A stretch of 64,000 nucleotides of DNA from Selaginella moellendorffii (lineage: Eukaryota; Plantae; Lycopodiophyta): assembly GCF_000143415.4 (NCBI RefSeq), contig NW_003314261.1:3960880-4024879 (forward strand). Reading direction: 5' to 3'. The position numbers and the translations under genes are program-made. A model generated the notes under the pieces. The model did no database searches. It had not been told where the DNA came from and worked only from the letters and a program-made list of their open reading frames with translations. Numbering within the stretch: position 1 is the first letter of the stretch; the number at the start of each line of letters is the position of its first letter. This document shows positions 24,101 to 34,967 of this stretch, piece by piece.

Positions 24101-26623
24101 TGCAAACATAGTCCGGCAAGCCGGACTAACGGTGCAGCGGCTAGGCGAACCAAGGACTATAGAGTTTGTTCAAGGTAGCCAAAGCACCGATGAGGTACTT
24201 CGACAAGCGAGAGTCGAAGTAGGGACATGGAAAGTGGACATGGATTTCACCGTGTTAGACATGGCGGGATTTGACGTGATCTTCGGAATGGACTGGTTCA
24301 ATCAGTTCGTGGTAGCCCTACATGGACAAGGTAGAAACCTTGTGGTACTAGCGAATGCCCAAGGAAGAAGATCCAGGGTGGAGGCCCAGGATCTCAAGGT
24401 AGGGCAAAGCAAGGCCAAAGAATCTTGCTTAAACCTGGTGTCCACGAGAGGACAACTCACTAAAGGAACTAAAGTAGCATTTTTGTGCTTACTCTCGGTG
24501 AAGAGTGACAAAAAGACAGGAACGGAAGAAATACCTTTAGTGATCCAACGGGTGTTGGACCAATTCCAGGATACCATGCCGGAGGAGTTACCGGCGGGGT
24601 TGCCCCCCCGCACGACCAATAGAACATAAGATCGAGCTGGTCGAGGGTGCTGAGGCGGTGGTTCACCCCCCCTATCGTTTGAACGAAAAAGAACTCGAGG
24701 AGCTCAAGCGCCAACTAGAGGAGTTGGTGGACAAAGGGTATGTTAGGTTGAGCAAGTCGCCGTATGGGGCGCCGGTGTTATTTGTGAAAAAGAAAGATGG
24801 ATCTATGCGCATGTGCATAGACTACCGGTTGCTCAACAAGTATACAAAGAAGAACAAATACCCTTTGCCCAGGATTGAGGACCTGTTCGATAGGTTGGGG
24901 AAGACAAAATACTTCTCGAGGATTGACCTAAGGTCAGGATACTACCAGATCAGGGTAGCCAAGGAAGATGTCAAGAAGACAACCTGTCGAACGAGGTATG
25001 GGAGCTTTGAGTTTCTGGTGATGCCCTTCGGGCTATGCAATGCGCCGGCAACGTTTTCGGCACTGATGAACCACATCTTTGTACCCTATCTGGATCACTT
25101 TGTGGTTGTCTATATCGACGACATCTTGATCTATAGCGAGACGCTAGAGGAGCATGCCGAACACTTGGCGAAGGTGTTTGAGAAACTAAGGGAACACAAA
25201 CTGTATGCTAAAGAGAGCAAATGTGACTTTGCTCAACAAGAGGTAAAGTTTCTCGGGCATGTGGTGGGCCAGGACGGGCTCAAGGTGGACCCGGAGAAGG
25301 TCCAAGCGATCCAGGAATGGGAGCGACCATCCAATGTACATGAGTTGAGGGCATTCCTGGGGCTATGCAACTACTATCGAAAGTTTATCAGACACTATTC
25401 AAGAGTAGCCCTGCCTTTAACGGACCAAATAGGAAAAGGGAAAATGGTATGGACAGCGGAATGCGAGGCGGCATTTGTCCACCTCAAAGGGAAGTTGAGG
25501 AAGGCTCCCGTATTGGCATTACCAGACTTTGGTAAGGACTTTGAGGTAGAAACGGATGCTTCGGATTTTGCGTTGGGCGCAGTTTTGAAGCAAGACAACC
25601 ATCCGGTAGTGTTCTTCTCGAAGAAGCTGGACAAGGCTCAACGGAAGTGGCCTGCCCATGAGAAGGAATTGTTTGCGGTGGTCAAGGCGCTCAAGGAGTG
25701 GCGACACTACCTTGGGAGACACTTCAAGGTTTACACGGACAATGTGGCAACGAAACACTTCTTGTCACAGCCCGACCTGAGAGGGAAAGAAGGTCGGTGG
25801 GCCAATGCCTTGGCCGAGTTTGATTGCAAGATTCTGTACAAGCCTGGGAAGAGCAACATCGTGGCGGATGCGCTAAGTCGAAAAGCGAGCTTAAGGTTGG
25901 CAATATCCAGCGCAACAGCAACCTTCTGGGACGATGTGCGGACAGCATATGAGAACAATGGTCTAGCACAAGAAGTGTTGCTGAGGAATCTAGAGGCACG
26001 GGAAGCTCACCAGAGAGGTGAGCTGCCAACGGAAGAGAAAACGGGCTATGCGGAATGCAACGAACTCATTTATTACAAGCAAACGAGGGTGTATGTTCCA
26101 GAAGGGGAACTAAGGAAGGTAGCCCTAGAAGAGTGTCATGATGGACCTCTTGCGGGACACGGCAGAGTGCCCAAGACGATAGGCTTACTCAAAAGGAAGT
26201 ACCATTGGCTAGATATGGCTAAGGACGTCCAAGACTATGTAAAGACATGTCCAACATGTCAGCAGGTAAAAGCCGTGACTAAGGCTAGTGGGGGCTTGTT
26301 GCAAAGCATCCCAATTCCAGATCGTCCGTGGAAATGTCTTACGATGGACTTCATCACGGGACTCCCCCCAAGCGAGGGGTTTGATGCGATATTAATGGTG
26401 GTGGACCGATTTTCGAAAATGGCACATTTCATACCCACCACAACAGAGGTGAATGCGGAAGGTGTGGCAAAGCTGTTCTTCGAACAAGTGGTTCAAGTGC
26501 AGGGCAGACCGGAAGAGATCATCTCAGATTGAGATAAGATCTTCACCAGTAGGTTCTAGAGGACTCTCCTGGAACAGTATCGCACCAAGTTAAAATTCAG
26601 CATAGCCTATCACCCACAGACAG

Positions 26624-26669
26624 GTATGGGGTATTAGGTCAAGTTGTTGGCACTAACACTTCTTGACAG
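26624..26669 (+). other. Integrase intron 1 in A2 (46 nt)
   Basis: GTATGG...CACTAAC...GACAG at the same position as in A1. Confidence 0.92.
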
Positions 26670-27086
26670 ACGGACAAACGGAAAGGGTGAATAGGCAGCT
26701 GGAGGATTATTGCGATGCTATGTCTCGGGAGACTAGACCGATTGGGTAAGTCATTTGGGACTTGTGGAAATGTGTTATAACAACTCACCACATTCGAGTA
26801 TCGGGGTGAGTCCATGGGAAGTCATCAATAGGCGAGCTATTGAAGGTCCTATGGAACTCGGCGTGGCCGAGTATCATAGAGAGTTACCCGCAGTGGAGGC
26901 ATTCACGGCGGAAAGACTCAGCATTTGGAATCTAGTGAGGGATTCCTTGGAACGGGCTCAACAAAGGCAAACCAAATACGCAAACCAAAAGCGCCGGGAT
27001 GTAGAGTTCCAAACTGGGGAGAAGGTGTGGCTGAACACCAAGAACCTCAGGCTACCAAGTGGGATCAGCCGAAATTTGACCCAAAG

Positions 27087-27138
27087 GTAAAGATGCATGT
27101 ATTCCTGTAAACGAATTGATCTTGAGTTCCTTAAGTAG
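27087..27138 (+). other. Integrase intron 2 in A2 (52 nt)
   Basis: GTAAAG...TTAAGTAG at the same position as in A1 (CAG to TAG keeps the acceptor). Confidence 0.92.
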
Positions 27139-30100
27139 GTTCGCGGGGCCTTACAAGATTGAGGCACGAATCGGTAAAGTGGCTTACCGTCTCCGACTTC
27201 CTCGAGAGATGGGAAAGATGCACCCAATGTTCCACGTGAACTTACTCAAGCCATACTTTGAGGATCCGCTTCGCAAGGACCAAGTGAGACCTTTACCTGA
27301 GGTTATCCAAGGGGAAGAGGAATATGAAGTCGAGGCCATCCTCAATGCACGCAAGAGCAAGCGACAAGGACGCGAGGTGAGAGAGTTCCATGTGAAGTGG
27401 AAAGGATTTCCACACTGCGAAGCAACATGGGAACCGGAGGAAAACCTAGCGAACGCTCGAGATCTAGTGGAGGAATTTCTGCAAGGCAGAACTCTATGTA
27501 CTTATGCAAAGTTCAATTAAAAATATCAATTTGCAAAGTTGAGCAAGTGGCATATGTTGGGACCCGAAGTCGCGCCAAATGTAAGCCAATTACCATGGGT
27601 TAGCTAGGTCGACCAGGCATAGGGCACTACGCCCGACTCCCCGCGGGGATGTCAAATCCGTAGACGTATTCTACGGAGGTTGGGTTCGAGTCCCAACCCC
27701 CTAGTAAAGCAAGGCTGGGTTCAAGTCCCGACCCCATACTAGGGCGTGGTGAGGTGAGGAGTATAGGGACACCTATACTCCGTTGTCATGGGCTCTTGGC
27801 CGGGGAGGCTAACTTAGGCACACTGCTAAGTGGGGGGATGCCCCCGGAGATATGGTCAACAAATTATAGGATAAAAAAGAGACGTTCGATGTGGACATCG
27901 AACTTCTTCTATGGGTGGTGGAGTTGTAAGGAACCGACTCCCTGAGATGTCGTAGGCTAAAGGATCCCCGAAAGCATGACCGAAATAACAAAGAGTTCAT
28001 CGGATGGGACCGAGTCGAAGATCGAGTCCAAGACCGACTCTGAGACCGAGTTTGAGATAAAGTCCGGGATCGAGTCCGAGACCGAATCGGAGACTGAGTT
28101 CGAGACCGAGTTCGAGACCGAGTTTGAGACAGAGTCCGAGATCCAAATCGGGTCCGAGACCGAGTCCGAGGTCGAGTCTGAAGTCGAGTCCGAGATCGAG
28201 TCCGAAATCGAGTCCGAGACCGAGTCCGAAGTCAGGTCCGAGATCGAGTCCGAGATCGATTCTGAGACTAAGTCCACATACTAATACAGCTCAAGGGGTG
28301 AAAGCCCAAAGCGTGTGTCTCCCGGGGGGGGGGGGGCTGCAGGGGGTTCCAAAAGTATAGTAGGGATAGTGAGGTCTAGGAACTAGTCTTGAAGGAACTC
28401 TCCAATGGGGCTTCCAAACTAACTTGAGGTTGAGACTGGGGCCGAGGGGTCTTGGGTGGGAGTGAGCATGGGCTTGAGTGGTGCCGGAGGGGCCACCCAG
28501 GGAAGTGCTCAAGAGCAGCTCCCACTCCCGAAAGGGAAACCGACTGCAGTGCTCCCGGCTCATGTGGAGTGGTGCCCCACGTGAGTACCTTGTGGCTTAT
28601 TGGTCCTCGCCCTTCCTAGGGGCTTGGGCCTTCCCTTTGGGATGGAAGTGGGGGGGTAAAGGTACCCATACCGGGCCGTTAGGCCACAATGTTTCGCCCC
28701 GACGTCCCGAAGCAAGTGCTGCACCCAAGGCTTGGGATTTAGAGGGTCCCATGATCAAGTCTTGTGGTACCAAGGGGTGTTAGGAATCTGGAGGCTTGGT
28801 GTGCTTGGCTGCTTGTGCCTGCGGGGAGTGTAGCCAAACCTTAAGTCCAGTCTAACCCGGGGAGGGGGATTGGGAGAGATTTGGGAATCCGTAGATGGAT
28901 GGCTAACACTCCGTTGCTCGTGCAGTGAGTAGTTGAAACCAAGTAGGACCAAGTAGGAGCTGGTACCATAGGCGAGAAGCTTGGCGAGGGAACTTAGCAC
29001 AAGCCAAGGCAGAGTTGGTCGGATAGACAAGCTAAGCTAGCAAATTGGAAAGGAAAAATTTGTGGCTTACATCCCAATGACATGCTCAAGGAACAAGCAC
29101 GAAATGAATAATAAGTGAGTCTCTAAAAAAGGGACATAAAAAGAACCAACATATGATATGTGGAAAAGTTAGAGATGAATCTAAGATGGAGTCCAAGATG
29201 GACCTGAGATGGAGTCCAAGATAGACTCAATATGGAGTCTAAGATGGACCCGAGATGGAGTTTGAGATGGACTCAAGATGGAGTCTGAGATGGACCTAAG
29301 ATGAAGTCCAAGATGGAGTCTGAGATGGATCCAAGATAGAGTTTGAGATGGCATCCGAGATGGAGTCCAAGATGGAACCAAAACCGAGATCGAGTCTAAG
29401 TCTGAGTCCGAGTCCAAATACTAATATAGGTTGTTAGGTGATAGCCCAAAGCGATTGTCTCTCGAGGGGGGCTGTGGGGGGTTGGGGGGGTTGCAAGGGG
29501 TTCCAAAAGTATAGTAGGGAGAGTGTGGGTTGGACCCTAGTGGAGCCAATTTGGCCAGGAAAGGCCAGTATAATCCATGAAGGCTATGCCTAGGTGCTGG
29601 GTGAGGATATATCTATTGAGGAATCCAAAGCTAGAGTGAATACAGACAAACAAGTGGGATAGCTTGGTGAAATATTCAAGAGTCGGCTCTAGCTCCCCTC
29701 GGAAATTGAATAGTCAATGTTCCCAGTCCAAGCATGGGTGGCACTACCTACTTGGATACCTAGTGTGGCTCAATAGAACCTTGCTCTAGACCCATGGCTA
29801 GAGCACCCAAAGGTAGGTGGGAAAGGTACCTATAAGGTTCACGTAGGGCCATGGTGTTTTGAAATATTGTCCTAAAGTCGTGGACTGTAGAAAGGAAGAG
29901 GAACAATCTTCTAGTGTAGTGACCAAAGATGCAATCACATAATGAGCAAGTCCCAAAGGATAGTGGGACTTAATGGTTGGGCATGTGGGCCTTAATATAG
30001 TGGCAATTTTGGTGAACATGGGACCAAAAGGGATTTGGTGGGGACCGAAAAAGGGATATTAGGGAAGGTTATTCCCCATATTTGCAGACATCCATCACTC

Positions 30101-30781
30101 ATGGATGGATGGCCCTATTTTTAAGGGACGGGACTGTGATGTAAGTGATGTTGGATCACTAGTGTGACAAAAGTGAATGAGCATGGCCTTAGCATAATGG
30201 GCTGATATATTAGTGGTACCTTTGGGCGTTGGTCATAGGATTAGACATGTGGAGCACTTGGATCAAGTGCAAAGGTTGAGTGGCAAAGATACTATTGTTG
30301 GGGCTAACAAGCCCCAAATCCGAAATAGGACTTATGAAGGTTGTGAGTGAGACTCTTTCAAATGGTCAGAAGTGTGGTTATGTAAGTAAAGTAGAATGAA
30401 AAATTTAATCACTTACAAAATAGTGTCAAACATTGTTTGTCTCTGTTTTGTATATTGGTACTAGCTTTGGGATGTTTAACACTCTAGAATTACTCCTATG
30501 TAGCTCTGTGCTCCTATTCTTTCACTCCTTAATCTAAATACTCAAGAGTTACTTTATGCTTTAATTCCTTCACTCCTATTCCCTCATTTAGTGACTCAAG
30601 GCCTTGAAACTTGGATTTTGCTCCACTGTCCTTAGACATGTGGCATATGATGTGTGGTATATGACACATGGCATATAAAGGGTTAAGGTTTTGCTTTGTG
30701 GTTATCCTATGGTAAATTGCCATAAGATAAAGGGTGAAAACCACAGGCACTACAATCTAGCCTTGCCTAATTCTATAAAAA

Positions 30782-31067
30782 TGCTTTATTTCGTTAAAGT
30801 GGGACTTATTCAGTAAAGTGGGACATTAATTAGCATGTGTCCACATGCCATTTCCTAGTACTTAATTAATATTTATTAATATTTCTATCAGTTTTTTAAT
30901 TTATTTTTTTATATTTCACAATATTATAACACAAAATCATATGAAAAGTTTTTAATTTATAAATTATAAAGTTAAAACTTCAATTTTTTATTGTTGTTAT
31001 AAAAATGGCATGTGGCCACACACCATAAGTGGGATAATGAAAAGTCCCACTTTAACAAAATAAAGCA
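30782..31067. mobile_element. 286-bp MITE (copy 2), inverted relative to copy 1
   Basis: Reverse complement of 8279-8564 with about 2 mismatches. Flanking duplication TAAAAA (30776-30781, 31068-31073). Confidence 0.95.
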
Positions 31068-32494
31068 TAAAAAGAAAATCAAGGGTTATATCTTCATCGA
31101 GAAGGACAAATAGTCCCCTTACCACCGTGATGCAAGTTTTCATTGCATAAATCATTATACATTTGTGTCAAAACATCATCACCATTCTCCACCTAAAGGT
31201 AAAAACACATCTAATCTTAAGAAAAACTTACCTATAGTTGGTACCTTGACAAGAATGGTGCTAATGAGAGTCTTAAGCCTATACTGTCTAAACCTTGAAA
31301 ACAATTGAAAGTGTGTTTTAATCTATGTAGGGCAAGGAAAGGAGATCTACTAGGATATTCCTCTATGATTTGGGTGCTTAAGATCTTTATTACAAGACAA
31401 AGTACAGATGAGGATTTGCAATCTAGTTTTAGAAAATATGGCTGATGATATAAAGAGGATGGCGACAAGAAGGGTTATGCTAAGCCTCACCCCTTTTCTA
31501 AAGTGTTGAAAAATATTTAACAGTGATCTTGTAAAATTTAAAATGGAAAGTGTTTTCTAGAGGGATCTCATAACCTACTAGTGGCAATATGGTGGCCTTG
31601 AGCTTATGTGTGAGCATTCCACAACCTACTAATGGTAAAATAGTAACCCTAAAATAGTGTTCTTGAGGGTCAACTATTCAAAGTGTTCTTTTGAGAGGGT
31701 TTGAGGGAGAATTCTGGAGCAAGAGAGTGTGCCTTATAGCCAAATGACAGCAATGCAATGGCCCTAAGCAGATCTGATAAGAGTGTTCTTGGCCTTTTTC
31801 TTACAAGGGTATGTGATAGTGGGGTAATTGGGGACAATTATAACTTACCCAACACTTTAGAGCCCCCATTCTACCAATTTTATGGTGGTTTGCGGCTGGC
31901 CAGTGGAAATATGGTGGCCCCAAGCTGTCCCCTCCCCTTTGAACTCATTGTATCATCCTCTCTCACACAAGATTCCTTTTGTGCAGTGTAATAAGGAATT
32001 AGGGCTCTTAACTCAACGAATTGGTATTTCTAGCTAATGAGTGAGTTGAGTAGCCTTAGATTTGCTTAGCATCCTTTGCTGTAGCTACTTCTACATTTCT
32101 TGGAGGTGGTCCAAGATTTAGGATATTCTATGGACAGGTGGGCAAATGGGTTGAGTTTGACTATTTGGCACATTTGTACAAGCCTCTTAAGCCTAGCATG
32201 GTGAGTGGTTGTCATTCCCCTTGGCTAGTTGCTTGGTGGGAGATGCTGCCACACCTAGAAGAGAAGAGAAATGCAGGACATAAAATCCATGTGTCACACA
32301 TATTAACATAAACTTACTGGAGAATTAAGGAATATCCTTAGAACATGCTTTAGATATTTTAAGATAAAACCGATACTTTAGGTATATTCTTTAAACCCCT
32401 AAGCAAAAAATCATAAATAAAACTTATGTTCTTTTGTATAAAGTCAATAAATGTTTATACATTATATATCAAACCTGCCCTTAGCATGAATGAT

Positions 32495-34636
32495 TTATCT
32501 ACACAAAGCATAAAAATTTGAGATTAACAGAGCATATTTAGCATTACCTAGTGTTACAATACGTTTGATCACATCCACCCCATTCATGTAGTCCCCTTGG
32601 CGAATAAATGCTGCCAATGCCGAAGTCCAAGCCCCAATATTTTCTTCACTTGCATCAAGCATTACCCGTCCAGCCCTTGCACTAAGGTCTGCTACACACG
32701 AGTGATGCATAGACCTGGAATTAAGAAGCTCCTGGGAATAAAACAATTTCATGCCCTCAGGGACCAATCCTCTATGGCTGCATGAATTCATGAGAACTAA
32801 GAATGTGACCTCGTTTGGAGGAACACTGTCTAAAAACATCTCCCTAAAGAAGCCCAACGCTTTGCAAATGTTTCCATTCCGAGCATAGGCCGCAATCACA
32901 GCATTCCAAGACACAGGGGTACAAACAGGCATTGTGCTAAACACAAATTCGGCAGCCTCTAATTCGGAGCATTTCCCATGCATGTCGATAACTGCAGTAT
33001 TGACCATCACGTCGTGCTTCCAACAATTTCTTGTAATCAGATTTGCCACAAGTTTGCTTTGGTGAAGAAGAGACCCAGCTCCGCAAAGTTGTATCCAAGT
33101 GACAGAGTCTGGAAGAATTCCTCTAGACTCCATTTCCAGAAACGCTGAGATTGCATCTTCGGCACGACCATTCTTGACACATGATCCAATCAAAACGTTC
33201 CATGTTGAAACATGGCGCTCGGGAGCTGTGTCGAGCAACACCTGTGCTTTTTCGAAATACCCAGCGTTCAAATACGTGGAAAGAAGCGAGTTCCAAGAGA
33301 TGATGCTGTGCTGGGGCATATTCTCAAACATGGAGACTGCTGAGGAAATATCCCCTACCTTAGTATATGCCCCAAGCATCGCAGTCCACACGAACAAGTC
33401 CTTTGGAGCAATGTTATCAAAGCAATTCCTCGCAGTATCAACCATTCCGACCCTACCATAAGCATCAATCAAGGCCGTCGCAACAACCACATTTGTTTCA
33501 ATTCCAATGCTGGTGACCTCCGTGCGGATCAACTCCAGAGACGAGATAGTCTCACAAACACCCAAAACGCTCGCAAATGTTACGTGATCGGCTCTCAACC
33601 CTTGCAGGTCCATGAGTCTAAACAAGTAAAAGGTCTTCTCAATCTGGTTCTCTCGAGCTCTCCCCGCAAGTACGGTGTTCCAGACGTGAGAACTTTGTCC
33701 GTCCATCAACTCAAGCGTTTGTTGTGCTCGATCTAGCTCGCCACTCTGGACGAGCGCGAGAACCAACACATTCCAAGACACCTCGCTTCGAAACGGCATA
33801 TATGAAAACATTTCTTCCACACGGTAAAGATGCCCGCACCGGGCATATGCTTCCATGATCGCGGTTGTCACCACTACATTGTGCTCGGGCATGTCATTAA
33901 AAACTTTTTCTGCATTTTCAACATTTTCAAAATATTGATAAAATGCCCAAAACAAGATGCTCCACGACACAATGTCTCTCTGGGGCATCCTCTCGAACAA
34001 GACGACGCAGTACTGCAATTTCCCCGTTTCGGCAAAAGCAGAAATTAAAGAGTTCCATGAAACAACATTTTTCTCTGGAATGTGTTCGAATAGCTTCATT
34101 GCCTCACAAATGTATCCATGCTGCGCGTAGCTACGGCACAGTATCGTCCATGTCACCACGTCCTTCGCAGGCATTCGATCAAACATCTCTCGGGCTTCTA
34201 CCAGAGACCCACTCAAGCAGTAGCCAGAAATCATAGAGTTCCACGACATCACACTCGGTTCAAGCATATTTCCAAACAGTCTTTTTGCTTCTTTCATACA
34301 CCCGTGTTGGGCATAAGCTCGGATCATCACATTCGTGGCCACCACGTCCTGCCTGGGCATCTTATAAAACGTCCTCCTACATTCCTCAAGATGCCCTGCC
34401 TGGGCATATACCCAGAGCATCACAGTCCAGGCCACAGCATCTCTCGCCGGCATCTTTTCAAAACTCCGCCTAGCCTCTTCCACGCAGCCCAATCTCCCGT
34501 ACATTCTTACAAGTGCAGTGCCAATGAAAAGTTGGCGATCCAAACCTTGCCTCACAACTTGTCCATGCAAAGCCTTCGCATCCTCCAAACAGTTGCAAGA
34601 AGCTATAAGCTTGGAGACATTATTCATTTCATTCAT
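32495..34636 (-). CDS. PLS-class pentatricopeptide repeat protein (713 aa), degenerate E region, no DYW domain
   Basis: Intronless ORF with tandem short PPR motifs (MPARDAVAW, MPAKDVVTW, PEKNVVSWNSLI, PNEVTFLVLMNSCSHRG). Confidence 0.92.
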   Translation of the reverse strand: MNEMNNVSKLIASCNCLEDAKALHGQVVRQGLDRQLFIGTALVRMYGRLGCVEEARRSFEKMPARDAVAWTVMLWVYAQAGHLEECRRTFYKMPRQDVVATNVMIRAYAQHGCMKEAKRLFGNMLEPSVMSWNSMISGYCLSGSLVEAREMFDRMPAKDVVTWTILCRSYAQHGYICEAMKLFEHIPEKNVVSWNSLISAFAETGKLQYCVVLFERMPQRDIVSWSILFWAFYQYFENVENAEKVFNDMPEHNVVVTTAIMEAYARCGHLYRVEEMFSYMPFRSEVSWNVLVLALVQSGELDRAQQTLELMDGQSSHVWNTVLAGRARENQIEKTFYLFRLMDLQGLRADHVTFASVLGVCETISSLELIRTEVTSIGIETNVVVATALIDAYGRVGMVDTARNCFDNIAPKDLFVWTAMLGAYTKVGDISSAVSMFENMPQHSIISWNSLLSTYLNAGYFEKAQVLLDTAPERHVSTWNVLIGSCVKNGRAEDAISAFLEMESRGILPDSVTWIQLCGAGSLLHQSKLVANLITRNCWKHDVMVNTAVIDMHGKCSELEAAEFVFSTMPVCTPVSWNAVIAAYARNGNICKALGFFREMFLDSVPPNEVTFLVLMNSCSHRGLVPEGMKLFYSQELLNSRSMHHSCVADLSARAGRVMLDASEENIGAWTSALAAFIRQGDYMNGVDVIKRIVTLGNAKYALLISNFYALCR

Positions 34637-34967
34637 TCAATATTTGCATACATCGAATTTGTAACAGACTCTTTCCTTGTAATGGCAAGGACGCCACCGC
34701 ATTTAGCACGTCCGGCTAAAGAAAGACAACACAAATACGAGACAGCAAGAGCTTGCTGCTGTTCTACAAGACCTTATCCTGCCCCCGGCGGGTCTGCAAA
34801 AAGCTTGCCGACCATCGACTAGCTCAAACTCAACTCGACTTTACACTAGCACAGCTTCGTCTGCCACAGATCGCGGATGCTGCTCCCCCCTCGACTCGAT
34901 CGAGATTTAAGATGGTCTTCTGCACCAAGTCGGTCACTTCGAGAGATCCAGAAAAGAAATAGCATAC

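Larger units (their letters stand above)
22749..27520 (+). pseudogene. gag-pol of A2
   Basis: Same domains as A1. In-frame TAG at 23115, +1 frameshift in the C-run ~24603-24609, stops at 26530 and further downstream in integrase. Confidence 0.95.
21613..29071 (+). mobile_element. Ty3/gypsy chromovirus copy A2, full length, defective, intron-containing
   Basis: LTRs 21613-22689 and 27925-29071. TSD TCCCG/TCCCA. PBS at 22693. Colinear with A1. Confidence 0.97.
18969..30417 (+). mobile_element. 5'-truncated family-C element: non-coding internal part 18969-21472, 3' LTR 21473-21612 + 29072-30417
   Basis: PPT followed by TGTGAGAC at 21473; LTR ends CTTACA at 30417. Internal part shares 3'-UTR motifs with family A. 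Confidence 0.75.
18423..30754 (+). mobile_element. Plus-strand LTR-B split in two (18423-18968 and ~30418-30754) by C and A insertions
   Basis: 18423-18968 matches the reverse complement of 12445-13000. 30418-30754 matches the reverse complement of 17892-18250 and ends CACTACA. No TSD seen. Confidence 0.7.

Noticed and set aside
24600-24612. Possible programmed frameshift between protease and RT in A2
   Set aside because: A1 is in frame here, so this is a private 1-bp insertion in a C-run.
31080-32480. Possible degenerate repeat or gene
   Set aside because: No supportable motif, terminal repeat or homology within the window.
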